Shown here piece by piece: positions 41,833 to 50,992 of a DNA stretch of 64,000 nt (positions are counted from its first letter, which is position 1; each line of letters starts with the position of its first letter). Below the pieces are notes generated by a model. That model was not told the DNA's origin. It saw only the letters and a list, made by a program, of their open reading frames with translations, and made no database searches. This DNA comes from Candidatus Dormibacteria bacterium. GTDB lineage: Bacteria > Chloroflexota > Dormibacteria > DASZGP01. A program made the translations under genes and the position numbers. The DNA lies in NCBI GenBank assembly GCA_046262455.1, contig JBHEMS010000014.1, forward strand, positions 4,730-68,729, written 5' to 3'.

Positions 41833-43299
41833 TCAGGCGCGTCTTCTATCGGGATGTAACTGCAAAGCCGCATACAACGTTGGAACAACGACCGCCAGCA
41901 GGAGCGGATCCACGATGAATTGGAAGCGGTTGTTCTCGCCAGCGTCGAGCAGGTTCCCCACAGTCATCACGTATGCGACGGTGAGAAATGCAAATGCTGC
42001 CACGAGCCGGACCCCGATCTCGGTGGTCCGATCAAGTGCTCGCCTCGCCAGCAATGCAAGCCCAGCCGTGAACGACATCACCAGGATGGGACTCACCTCG
42101 CTGAGTCTCAGTGCGACCGCCGCGATACTGGCCGGCGGCTCGACTCGGTCCGCAGGGTCGCGTACCTGGAGAAGCGCCCGATGGAACACCTTCGAAGGGC
42201 CACGCGCGGCCCTGACGTTGGACGCCGAAAAGTACTGGTATTCGTCCGGGGGCCTGAAGAACGTTGTCCAGGCCTGGGTCTCAGCCCGCACATAGGTCAT
42301 CGGATAGGCCCGGAATGCTGTAAGGCCGTCCTGAACGTACTGATCGCAGGTCCTTGGGAAGTCGATGTGGTTGGGGTTCACGGAGCCGGTGCTCTTGAGA
42401 CGCTGATCGAGAATTGGGACTCCCGTGCGGTGGGTGCTGAGAAGACCCGCCTCCGCGGGGGAGAGAAAGAAGGGCCAAACCGAAGCATGCGCAGAGATCG
42501 CTCGCCTGAGCCGGAGATCGTTGAATTCGGCGGCGGTCAACTGACCGGTCGTCATGATGTAGACACTGGCTCCGACACAGGTCGTCGACGAAAAGTGCCC
42601 GACCGTCACCAGGTTCTTGGCGTATAGGCCAACAGCTAGCAGCAGGGCGACAGCCGTGTACGCCAGAAGCCGCTTGCCAACAGCCGGATGCATCAGCGCG
42701 AGTACGCCGATCGCCACAACCATCCAGGTCCAGTGAAAGAGGCTGCGCGTGAGGACGATTGCGCACAGGGATAGTCCGAAGCCCGCCGCCCAGAAGCGGG
42801 CACGACGACGGGCGAAGCGCAGTAGACAAAGGGCCCCCGCAACCAGGACACACGTCACCAGGTAGTCCGGGTAGAGCCAGGTTTCGTAAAGAATCGCCGG
42901 TGGGCTGATGACCAGCCCGACCGCAAGGATCGCGCTCACATTCCGCGGAGCGCCGAGTTCCGCGGACAATCGGAAAACCAGCAGACCCAGAGACAGCCCC
43001 GCAGCCATGAATAGCGCGTGCAGCCAGGTCCCCGCCTGGCCAGGCGCGTTCAGCGCCGCTCCAACGGCGAGATCGAACAGGGGCGGATCGGCGTGGACGA
43101 AGAAGACGGTCCGCAGCAAGTCCGTTCGAAGCAGTATCGGGTCCGGGTATTGCCAGAAGGTGGTCAGCGGGGCCATGTCGAATTGGACGCCCAACACTCG
43201 GTACACGCACCGCGAACCGACGAAGATCGCAGCAATTAGCCAGGAGTGTTTGTGGTCCCCGAGGAGCCGCGCGACCGTCCTCCGGACTGATGGGCTCAC
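41833..43299 (-). CDS. polytopic membrane protein, GT-C-fold (PMT_2/ArnT-like) glycosyltransferase candidate
   Basis: It has about 10 or more hydrophobic helices. The first loop carries HADPPLFDL, resembling the (D/E)xHPPL motif of GT39/GT83-type enzymes. GC is visibly lower than in neighbouring genes. Confidence 0.5.
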   Translation of the reverse strand: MSPSVRRTVARLLGDHKHSWLIAAIFVGSRCVYRVLGVQFDMAPLTTFWQYPDPILLRTDLLRTVFFVHADPPLFDLAVGAALNAPGQAGTWLHALFMAAGLSLGLLVFRLSAELGAPRNVSAILAVGLVISPPAILYETWLYPDYLVTCVLVAGALCLLRFARRRARFWAAGFGLSLCAIVLTRSLFHWTWMVVAIGVLALMHPAVGKRLLAYTAVALLLAVGLYAKNLVTVGHFSSTTCVGASVYIMTTGQLTAAEFNDLRLRRAISAHASVWPFFLSPAEAGLLSTHRTGVPILDQRLKSTGSVNPNHIDFPRTCDQYVQDGLTAFRAYPMTYVRAETQAWTTFFRPPDEYQYFSASNVRAARGPSKVFHRALLQVRDPADRVEPPASIAAVALRLSEVSPILVMSFTAGLALLARRALDRTTEIGVRLVAAFAFLTVAYVMTVGNLLDAGENNRFQFIVDPLLLAVVVPTLYAALQLHPDRRRA

Positions 43300-43477
43300 C
43301 GCTGCATGCTAAGCGCTTCGGCCGAGGCCCTGGGCTCCGTAGATCCCGAGTTTGCGATGTGCCCAGGACCGTTTGGACGGCTGCAGCGCGAACGGATTTT
43401 CGCCCCTTGCAGGCCCCCGGATGCATGGCTATGCTTCACCGGCCCCAGGGGGCCTGGAACGCGGAGGGATGAACAGA

Positions 43478-43541
43478 TTGTCCACAGCCGATGCGGCCTG
43501 GTGAGTTCAGTTTTCCACCCCTGTGGAGCGATTGTGGATAA
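43478..43541. promoter_or_regulatory. DnaA-box cluster upstream of dnaA
   Basis: TTGTCCACA (43478-43486), TTTTCCACC (43511-43519), GCTCCACAG on the minus strand (43521-43529) and a perfect TTATCCACA on the minus strand (43533-43541). Confidence 0.5.
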
Positions 43542-43571
43542 GTTGGAGCGGGGGTTAGCAGCGGTTTTGAA

Positions 43572-44924
43572 GTGCAGGAAGTAAACGCGGAGAACATCTG
43601 GCAGGCGGCCCAGGAGGAGTGGCGCTACCAGATCGCCAAGCCCAGCTACGAGGCCTGGCTGAAAAACACCCGGCTGATCTCATTGGACGGCCGCTCGTTC
43701 CACATCGGCGTGCCCACCAAGCTGGCCAAGGACTGGCTCGAGGACCGCTACCAGGCGCTGATCAAGGAGACCCTCAGCGCCATCATGTCCGGCGACGTCG
43801 AGCTCACCTTTGAGGTCACCGAGCAACGCCACCTGGAGCAGGTCTACGAGGAGATCGTCGACGACCCGCCGGTCATGGACGAGCCTGAGTACGACCCCCA
43901 CTCCAGCCAGCTGAACCCCAAGTTCACCTTCGACTCGTTTGTCCCCGGGCACCACTCACGCTTCGCGCACGCTGCCGCGCGGGCCGTGGCCGACGCCCCA
44001 GGCGACGCCTACAACCCGCTCTTCATGTACGGCGGAGTGGGCCTTGGCAAAACCCACCTGATGCACGCCATCGGGCACGCGGTGCTGAAGAAATCGCGCC
44101 GGCGCAAGGTCGCGTACGTGACCAGCGAGCGGTTCATGAACGAGATGATCGAGTCGATCCGCCGTAACTCGATGAACGACTTCCGCAAGCGCTATCGCAA
44201 CTGCGACGTCCTGCTCATCGACGATATCCAGTTCCTGGCCGGCAAGGACCGCACCCAGGAGGAGTTCTTCCACACCTTTAACGCGCTGCACGAGCTGAAC
44301 CGCCACATCGTCATCAGCTCCGACCGGCCGCCCAAAGAGATCCCGACCCTGGAGGACCGCCTGCGGTCGCGCTTCGAGGGCGGCCTCATCGCCGACATCC
44401 AGCCCCCGGATTTCGAGACGCGCGTCGCAATCCTGAGGTCCAAGGTCGGGCCGCACAACCGGCTGGTGCCGGAGGATGTGCTGTCGTTCATCGCCCACAA
44501 GATCCAGCGCAACATCCGTGAGCTGGAGGGGGCCCTGATCCGCGTGCTGGCCTACGCCTCGGTGACCCACCAGCCGATGACCACCGAGTCGGCGGCGCGC
44601 ATCCTCGAGGACATCCTGCCCACGGCCGACACGCGCTCACTCTCCGTCGACAGCATCAAGAAGGTGGTCGCCAACTTCTATGGCATCTCCATCGAGGAGA
44701 TGTGCGGCAAGCGCCGCGACCGCCACATCGTCTTCCCCCGCCAGGTCGCCATGTTCATCATCCGCGAGGAGACCGCCTCCTCACTACCGTCCATCGGGCA
44801 GGCCTTTGGGGGCCGCGACCACACCACCGTCCTGCACTCCTACGAGAAGATCGTCCAGGACTGCCAGGACGACCCGCGGGTCAGCTCCGAGGTCGCCAAG
44901 ATCCGCGAGCTCCTCTACCACTGA
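43572..44924 (+). CDS. dnaA: chromosomal replication initiator protein DnaA
   Basis: NPLFMYGGVGLGKTHLMHAIG (AAA+ Walker A), LLIDDIQFL, and the C-terminal domain IV motif FGGRDHTTVLHSYEKI. Confidence 0.97.
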   Translation: MQEVNAENIWQAAQEEWRYQIAKPSYEAWLKNTRLISLDGRSFHIGVPTKLAKDWLEDRYQALIKETLSAIMSGDVELTFEVTEQRHLEQVYEEIVDDPPVMDEPEYDPHSSQLNPKFTFDSFVPGHHSRFAHAAARAVADAPGDAYNPLFMYGGVGLGKTHLMHAIGHAVLKKSRRRKVAYVTSERFMNEMIESIRRNSMNDFRKRYRNCDVLLIDDIQFLAGKDRTQEEFFHTFNALHELNRHIVISSDRPPKEIPTLEDRLRSRFEGGLIADIQPPDFETRVAILRSKVGPHNRLVPEDVLSFIAHKIQRNIRELEGALIRVLAYASVTHQPMTTESAARILEDILPTADTRSLSVDSIKKVVANFYGISIEEMCGKRRDRHIVFPRQVAMFIIREETASSLPSIGQAFGGRDHTTVLHSYEKIVQDCQDDPRVSSEVAKIRELLYH

Positions 44925-45217
44925 AACCTGGGGTGAAAGGCGTGGCCGACCATGTTCCCGCAACTGATAGCGGTGTGCACATGACCCGCCCACAGGGCAC
45001 GCTGTTGGAAAAGTCGGACAACCTGTGGGGGCGGCTGACAAGTCTCCTGGAGGACGTTGTTGTTCGCCCGCGGGCCGATTTCGTCCACAGGACCACGACC
45101 TATAATTCGACCCAGTTTGGAATACGGGAGGACGGCTTTTCCGCGTTGTTCACCGCCCTACTCCGGCTACGAACAATTAATCTGCAGGCGGTAACCAACG
45201 GGGATGGGGTGTAACTC
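44925..45217. promoter_or_regulatory. dnaA-dnaN intergenic region with weak DnaA-box-like sites and short AT-rich patches (possible oriC part)
   Basis: TCGTCCACA (45081-45089), TTGTTCACC (45146-45154), TATAATT (45101-45107) and ACAATTAATC (45173-45182). Only one site is within 1 mismatch of the consensus. Confidence 0.3.
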
Positions 45218-46363
45218 ATGAAGCTGACGTGTTCGCCTGACGCACTGAGCCAGGCACTCCAGGTTGTCTCCCGGGCGGTGAGCCCCAGGACCACTTTGCC
45301 GATCCTCAACAACGTCCTGCTGGAGACGTCGGAGAAAGGGCTGCGTCTGACTGGCACCAACCTCGAGATCGGCATCGTCAACCACGTCGACGCCGAGGTC
45401 CACTCGGAGGGCTCGGTCACCCTGCCCGCCAGGCTGCTCACGGAGTTCGTCGCCCAGCTGAAAGAGAAGACGATGGACATCGAGCTGGACACCAAGACGC
45501 AGACGCTCAATGTCAACTGTGGCCCGTACCACAACGTCAAGATCAAGGGCATCGACGCGTCGGAGTTCCCGGCGCTGCCCGCCCGCGAGGAGGGGCTGCG
45601 CGTCCAGTTGCAGCAGTCCGATCTGCTGCCGGCCATCGAGCAGACGGTTGTCGCGGCCAGCAGCGACGAGGGGCGCCCCGTCCTCACCGGCGTGTACACC
45701 CAGTTGGGTCCCGAGACGCTGACGCTGGCCGCCACCGACGGGCATCGCCTCGCGGTGAAGACCCTGAGCGCCGCGTCGGCCGACGGCTCGGCGGGGGCGG
45801 AACCTGGAGCCGACGGCGCCGACTCGGTCATCATCCCGGCGCGGGCGCTGCAGGAGCTGGCGCGCGTGCTCAAGGGGGACGGGACCGTGGAGATGGCGAT
45901 GGGCCGCTCCCGCAACCACGTCTTCTTTAAGGCTGAGGGCGTCGAGGTGATGTCCCGCCTGATCGAGGGCACGTACCCCAACTACTCGCAGGTCATCCCG
46001 CCAGAGCCGGCCAACACCACCATCACGCTGACCACCAAGGAGCTGCACGAGCGCGCCCGGGCGGTGGCGATCTTCGCCCGCGACAGCGCCAACGTGGTGC
46101 GGATCAAGACCGAGGCCGGCGAAATCTCCATCTCCGCGACCACCAGCGAGGTCGGCTCGAGCGAAGCGTCCGTCAGCGCCGAGATCGAGGGGGCGGACAT
46201 CCAGATCGCCTTCAACTCGCGCTACCTACTAGACGTCCTGGGGCTGCTGGGGTCGGACAAGTGCGTGCTGAGCTTCAACGGCCCCCTGAGCCCGGGAGTC
46301 GTCCGGCCCGCCGGGAAGGATGACTACACGTACGTCATCATGCCCGTTCGCGTTGCTATGTAG
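45218..46363 (+). CDS. dnaN: DNA polymerase III beta sliding clamp
   Basis: MKLTCSPDALSQALQVVSRAVSPRTTLPILNNVLLE...TLAATDGHRLA...YVIMPVR. Confidence 0.97.
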   Translation: MKLTCSPDALSQALQVVSRAVSPRTTLPILNNVLLETSEKGLRLTGTNLEIGIVNHVDAEVHSEGSVTLPARLLTEFVAQLKEKTMDIELDTKTQTLNVNCGPYHNVKIKGIDASEFPALPAREEGLRVQLQQSDLLPAIEQTVVAASSDEGRPVLTGVYTQLGPETLTLAATDGHRLAVKTLSAASADGSAGAEPGADGADSVIIPARALQELARVLKGDGTVEMAMGRSRNHVFFKAEGVEVMSRLIEGTYPNYSQVIPPEPANTTITLTTKELHERARAVAIFARDSANVVRIKTEAGEISISATTSEVGSSEASVSAEIEGADIQIAFNSRYLLDVLGLLGSDKCVLSFNGPLSPGVVRPAGKDDYTYVIMPVRVAM

Positions 46364-46371
46364 CTGCGACC

Positions 46372-46507
46372 GTCGGGCCGGCGCATGCCGCTCCAGGTTC
46401 AGCGGCCTGAGGGCCTAGCTTGTGGCCCGCCGGTGGCTTTGTCAGCGGCTGATTACGCGGATACGGGCCAGTCGCTATTCACCTGGAGCGGCATGCGCCG
46501 GCCCGAC
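46372..46507. repeat. perfect 27-bp inverted repeat with 82-nt spacer between dnaN and recF
   Basis: Arm 46372-46398 (GTCGGGCCGGCGCATGCCGCTCCAGGT) is the exact reverse complement of 46481-46507. It starts 9 nt after the dnaN stop. Confidence 0.85.
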
Positions 46508-46623
46508 CTTTCGCCCACCTCGCGGACCGCTCTCGAAGGGGGGTTCGATGATGGATCTAGCTGAGGGGACTCACAGGTGGGGCGTACAATTGTTCGCATG
46601 AGCGTGCTGGGGGGCGCGCGGGC

Positions 46624-47733
46624 TTGCTGACTTCTATCAGCCTCTTCGCGTTTCGGAATTACATGAAGGAAGCGGTGGCGCTCGAGCCGGGCGTCAACTT
46701 GTTCCTGGGGGCCAACGCGCAGGGGAAGACGAACCTGCTGGAGGCGATCTACGTGGCGGCCACGTCGCGGTCGCCGCGGGCTTCGGTGCTGGCCGAGATG
46801 GTGATGTGGGAGCAGGTTGGCGGGCGGGTGGTGATGGAGTTCAGCAATGGCGGCGAGGCCCGCAGCATCGAGGTGCAGCTGGAGCGGGACCCGGGGAGCA
46901 CGCGGACGCGGCGCACCATTCGCCTGGACGAGCGGCCGGCGTCTCCGGCCAAGGTCAGCGGCCTGGTGCGCACGGTGCTGTTCCACCCGGAGGAGATGGT
47001 GCTGTTGCGTGGGTCCGGCGAGGGGCGGCGCAGGCTGCTGAACGGCGTGCTGACCCAGCTGGACCCGGCGTACTCGGAGAACCTTGGTCGCTACACGCGG
47101 CTGCTGGAGCAGCGCAACCAGCTGCTCAAGCGTGTGGCCGACGACCTCGAGCCGCCGTCGGCGCTGGACTGGTGGACCGATGAGCTGAGCCGTGTGGGCG
47201 GGGAGATCATGGACCGCCGCTTGATGTTCATGGAGGACATCGGGGGGCGCATCTCGCGTCGGTATAGCGAGGTGGCGCCGGGGGAGAACCTTGACGTGGC
47301 GTACGCTCCGAGCCTGGATCCCGGCGACGACGCGGCGGCCGCTATGGCGGCGACCCTGCGGGCCCGACAGCGCGAGGAGCTGGCCCGCGGCGTCACCGTG
47401 GCCGGGCCCCACCGCGACGACCTGGAATTCCGCCTGGGCGGCGTCTCGGCGGCGGCGCATGCGTCGCAGGGACAGCAGCGCACCGCCATCCTGGCCTTCA
47501 AGCTGGCGGAGGTGGAGGTCCTGGGCGCCGGCGGCCAGGCGCCGATCCTGCTGCTGGATGACGTCATGTCGGAACTCGACGCGCCGCGACGCGAGGCACT
47601 GCTTGCGGCGGTCGAGGAGTCGCCGCAGTCGGTGATCACCTCGGCCGAGAGCCGCTACTTCCCGGAGAACTTCGCGCGCCGCGTGAACACCCGCGAGGTT
47701 TCCGCGGGCGCGGTGCGGGAGTGGACGGCGTGA
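46624..47733 (+). CDS. recF: DNA replication/repair protein RecF
   Basis: FRNY...LEPGVNLFLGANAQGKTNLLEAIY (Walker A), SQGQQRT (signature) and LLLDDVMSELD (Walker B). The start codon is TTG. Confidence 0.93.
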   Translation: MLTSISLFAFRNYMKEAVALEPGVNLFLGANAQGKTNLLEAIYVAATSRSPRASVLAEMVMWEQVGGRVVMEFSNGGEARSIEVQLERDPGSTRTRRTIRLDERPASPAKVSGLVRTVLFHPEEMVLLRGSGEGRRRLLNGVLTQLDPAYSENLGRYTRLLEQRNQLLKRVADDLEPPSALDWWTDELSRVGGEIMDRRLMFMEDIGGRISRRYSEVAPGENLDVAYAPSLDPGDDAAAAMAATLRARQREELARGVTVAGPHRDDLEFRLGGVSAAAHASQGQQRTAILAFKLAEVEVLGAGGQAPILLLDDVMSELDAPRREALLAAVEESPQSVITSAESRYFPENFARRVNTREVSAGAVREWTA

Positions 47734-48107
47734 CCGAGCGCAAGCCGCCGCGCACCGACGCGCCGGTGTTCGATTCGCTGCCGCGCGCGCGCCGAGTGGC
47801 GCGGGGCAACGACGGCCCGCAGCCCATCGGCGAGTTGATCATGCCGATGATGGCCAGGCTGGGACTCAAGACCCGCGCGCGCCACCTCCAGGTGATGAGC
47901 GCCTGGCCGGGCGTGGTGGGTGAGGCCGTCGCCGCCGGCGCGCACCCCACCAGCTACAACCGCGGGCGCGTCACCGTCGAGACCGACAGCCCCGCGCTGG
48001 GGCACCAGCTGCACCTGCAGCGCCAGCTGATCATCGACAGGCTGAACGAGGTCATCGGCGACACGGTGGTCACCGACATGCGCTTCAAGATGGGCCCGAC
48101 GCCGTGA
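47721..48107 (+). CDS. DUF721 (DciA-like) protein
   Basis: WPGVVGEAVAAGAHPTSYNRGRVTVETDSPALGHQLHLQRQLIIDRLN is typical of DUF721. It sits in the conserved position after recF. Confidence 0.75.
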   Translation: MDGVTERKPPRTDAPVFDSLPRARRVARGNDGPQPIGELIMPMMARLGLKTRARHLQVMSAWPGVVGEAVAAGAHPTSYNRGRVTVETDSPALGHQLHLQRQLIIDRLNEVIGDTVVTDMRFKMGPTP

Positions 48108-50980
48108 GCGAGACCACCGCGCAGGCGCCGACCGGGCTGAACGCCCAGCAGCAGGAGGCCTGCGACCACCTCTCGGGGCAGTTGATGGTGCTCGCCGGGC
48201 CGGGAACCGGGAAGACCCGCGTCATCACCCACCGCTTCCTCAACCTGCTCAACGCCGGCGTGGGGACCGACAGCATCGCCGTCTTCACCTTCACCGTGAA
48301 GGCCGCGTCGGAGATGGAGTCGCGCATCAGTGCCCTCTGCCAGACAGGCTTCCAGGAACTTTTCGTCAGCACCTTCCATGCGTTCGCGCTGCGTTTCCTG
48401 CAGCAGGAGGGCCATCGCCTGCCGATCCCCCGGCCCTTCCGCATCGCCGCTGACGTCGAGCGCTGGCAGTTGATGTGCCGGGTGCTGGAGCGGTTCCGAC
48501 CCGACCAGCTCTATCGACTCCCCCGGCCCCGTGACGTCGCCCCCGACCTGCTCAAGCTGCTGGAGCGGGCCAAGCAGGAGATGGCGGGGCCCGAGGACTA
48601 CCACCGGATCGCCTCCGACATGGTGATGGAGCGGCGGCTGGGGTCGGAGGTGCAGATCCAGGTTGCCGCGGTTTACGCCGCCTACCAGGAGGAGTTGACG
48701 CAGGCAGGGCTAATGGACTTTGACGACACCATCTACTGGAGCGTGCGACTGCTCGAGCGCGACCCGGAGGTGCTCAACCGATGGCGCGCGCGGCTGACGC
48801 ACGTCATGGTCGACGAGTTCCAGGACACCAACTTCTCGCAGCTCCGCCTGGTCGAGATGCTAGCTGGCGAGGAGGGCAACGTCGCCGTCGTCGGGGATGA
48901 CGACCAGTCGATCTACAAGTTTCGCGGTGCGTCGGTGGCCAACCTGCGGCGTTTCCGCCAGGTCTACCCCGCCCTGCGCATCGTCCGCCTGGAGACCAAC
49001 TACCGTTCGACGACGCCGATCATCGCCGCGGCCAACCGGATGGTCAGCCAGAACGCGGAGCGCGTCAGGAAGGAGGTGACGTCGGACCGCGATGGCACTG
49101 CGGTGCGGATGTACCTCGCGCCCGACGCCGCGCACGAGGTGGCTTGGACGGTGGAGCGCATCGCCGAGCTGCTGGAGAAGGGAGCCGAACCCGCCGGTGA
49201 GATCGCCGTGCTGGTGCGCACCAACGCGCAGCTGCGGCCCTTCACCCGGGCCCTGCAGCGCGCGGGCATCCCCTACCAGCTGTCGGGGGGACGCGGCTTC
49301 CTCGACCAGCCCGAGATCAAGGACCTGCGGGCGCTACTGCGGTGGGCGGTCGACCCCGGCGACACCCAGGCCGCCGCCCGCGTGCTGGGGATGCCCGGCG
49401 TCGAGGTACCGGGTGAGGACATCCTCGCCCTGACCCGCAAGACCGACCGCGAGGGCATCGACCTGGAGGACGCCGCGCGGTTCGTGGTGCAGGCCGGCGC
49501 GGAGACCGACGACGCGCACGCCGAGGTGGTGGAGCGCCTGCGCGGCGCGCTGGACCTGGTGAGGCAGGTGCGCAACCAGGCACTGCGCGACCGCGCCGAC
49601 GAGGTCGTCTACACCGCGCTTGAGCGCACCCGCTACGTCGACCTGCTGTCGTACCCATCGGAGATCCAGCGACGCCAGGCCGGCGCCAACATCGACAAGT
49701 TCGTCGACATGGCACAGACCTTTTGCGAGGGGGCCGGGGATGACGGCGCCACCCTGGCCGGCTTCATGGACCACCTCGACGCCATCGAGGCGTCGGCATC
49801 CGTGTCGGGATCGGCGCAGTCAATTCCGCCCATCGACACCGGCCGCGACGCGGTCAACCTGATGACCGTGCACCAGGCCAAGGGATTGGAGTTCGGCGCC
49901 GTATTCTGCCCCGGGCTGGTCGAGGACCGCTTCCCCTATCGCAGCCAGGGAGAGGCGCTGCCCCTGCCCACCGAGTTGATCATCGAGGAGGTTTCGAACC
50001 GCGACCCCCGTATCGCCGAGGAGCGCCGGCTGTGCTACGTGGCGGTGACGCGCGCGCGGCACCATCTCTTGCTCAGCGCCGCCGAGCGGTACGACGGGAT
50101 GAAGAAGTGGAAGCCCTCCCGTTTCATGGCGGACATGGGCTTCTTACCTGCCCCGGATGGCACAACGGTTGAGCCGCTGGCGAAAGAGGAGGACCCCACG
50201 GTCGAGCTGCCGCCGGCACCGATCGCGCAGTCCGCGTTGCCGCTGGACCACCCGCAGGCGCCCGAACTGGTTGTCAGTTACAGCCAGCTGGAGGCCTACC
50301 AGACGTGTCCCCGCGCCTACCAGTACCGCTACATCTACAGCCTGCCCACCCGTCCCAGCGCGGAGCAACAGTTCGGCGTCGCGGTGCACCAGGCCCTGAG
50401 CATCATTCTCCAGGAGGCGACCGACGGTCAGCCGGCGCTGGAGCGCGCCACCCAGGTCTTTGACGCGGCGTTCGCCACGGAGCGTTTCTGCGACCCCGTC
50501 AACCTCGACCTCTGGCAGGCGCGGGGCCACGACTTCATCGCCGCGCTGCACCGTCGCGGTCGCCTCGACGGGCGGGCGCTGCACGTGCCCCCGGAGCAGG
50601 CGTTCAACCTCAGCCTGCCGGGGTTCCGGCTCAAGGGCCGCATCGACCGCATCGACCGTGCGAAGAACGGCTTCCGCGTCATCGACTACAAGACCGGCGA
50701 CGTGAAGGATGAGTGGCAGCTGGAGCGCGACCTGCAGCTGGGGCTCTACGCGATCGCCGCGGAACAGGTCTTCAACCTGCGGCCGGTGACCTTGGCGATG
50801 TGCTACCTCGAGGACGCGATCGAGATCGACGTGCTCAAGACGACCTCACAGCTCCAGGCCGACCAGGAGCGCGCCGCCGACCTGGCGGCGGGGATCGTGG
50901 CCGGGGAGTTCACTCCCCAGCCGTCACCGTGGAAGTGCGCGCGGTGCGACTTCCGCCTGGTCTGCGACGCCGCGACCTGA
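48104..50980 (+). CDS. UvrD/PcrA-type SF1 helicase fused to a C-terminal PD-(D/E)XK (RecB/Cas4-like) nuclease with a Cys cluster
   Basis: LAGPGTGKTRVIT (Walker A) and VMVDEFQDTN (motif II). The C-terminus has GRIDRIDR...VIDYKTGD...QLGLYA and CARCDFRLVC. Confidence 0.85.
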   Translation: MSETTAQAPTGLNAQQQEACDHLSGQLMVLAGPGTGKTRVITHRFLNLLNAGVGTDSIAVFTFTVKAASEMESRISALCQTGFQELFVSTFHAFALRFLQQEGHRLPIPRPFRIAADVERWQLMCRVLERFRPDQLYRLPRPRDVAPDLLKLLERAKQEMAGPEDYHRIASDMVMERRLGSEVQIQVAAVYAAYQEELTQAGLMDFDDTIYWSVRLLERDPEVLNRWRARLTHVMVDEFQDTNFSQLRLVEMLAGEEGNVAVVGDDDQSIYKFRGASVANLRRFRQVYPALRIVRLETNYRSTTPIIAAANRMVSQNAERVRKEVTSDRDGTAVRMYLAPDAAHEVAWTVERIAELLEKGAEPAGEIAVLVRTNAQLRPFTRALQRAGIPYQLSGGRGFLDQPEIKDLRALLRWAVDPGDTQAAARVLGMPGVEVPGEDILALTRKTDREGIDLEDAARFVVQAGAETDDAHAEVVERLRGALDLVRQVRNQALRDRADEVVYTALERTRYVDLLSYPSEIQRRQAGANIDKFVDMAQTFCEGAGDDGATLAGFMDHLDAIEASASVSGSAQSIPPIDTGRDAVNLMTVHQAKGLEFGAVFCPGLVEDRFPYRSQGEALPLPTELIIEEVSNRDPRIAEERRLCYVAVTRARHHLLLSAAERYDGMKKWKPSRFMADMGFLPAPDGTTVEPLAKEEDPTVELPPAPIAQSALPLDHPQAPELVVSYSQLEAYQTCPRAYQYRYIYSLPTRPSAEQQFGVAVHQALSIILQEATDGQPALERATQVFDAAFATERFCDPVNLDLWQARGHDFIAALHRRGRLDGRALHVPPEQAFNLSLPGFRLKGRIDRIDRAKNGFRVIDYKTGDVKDEWQLERDLQLGLYAIAAEQVFNLRPVTLAMCYLEDAIEIDVLKTTSQLQADQERAADLAAGIVAGEFTPQPSPWKCARCDFRLVCDAAT

Positions 50981-50992
50981 CCGCGGGTACGC

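Noticed and set aside
48104-50980. The helicase-nuclease as part of an anti-phage defence system.
   Set aside because: It stands alone in a core replication and repair context, coupled to recF and DUF721. No methylase, ATPase partner or other defence-associated genes lie nearby.
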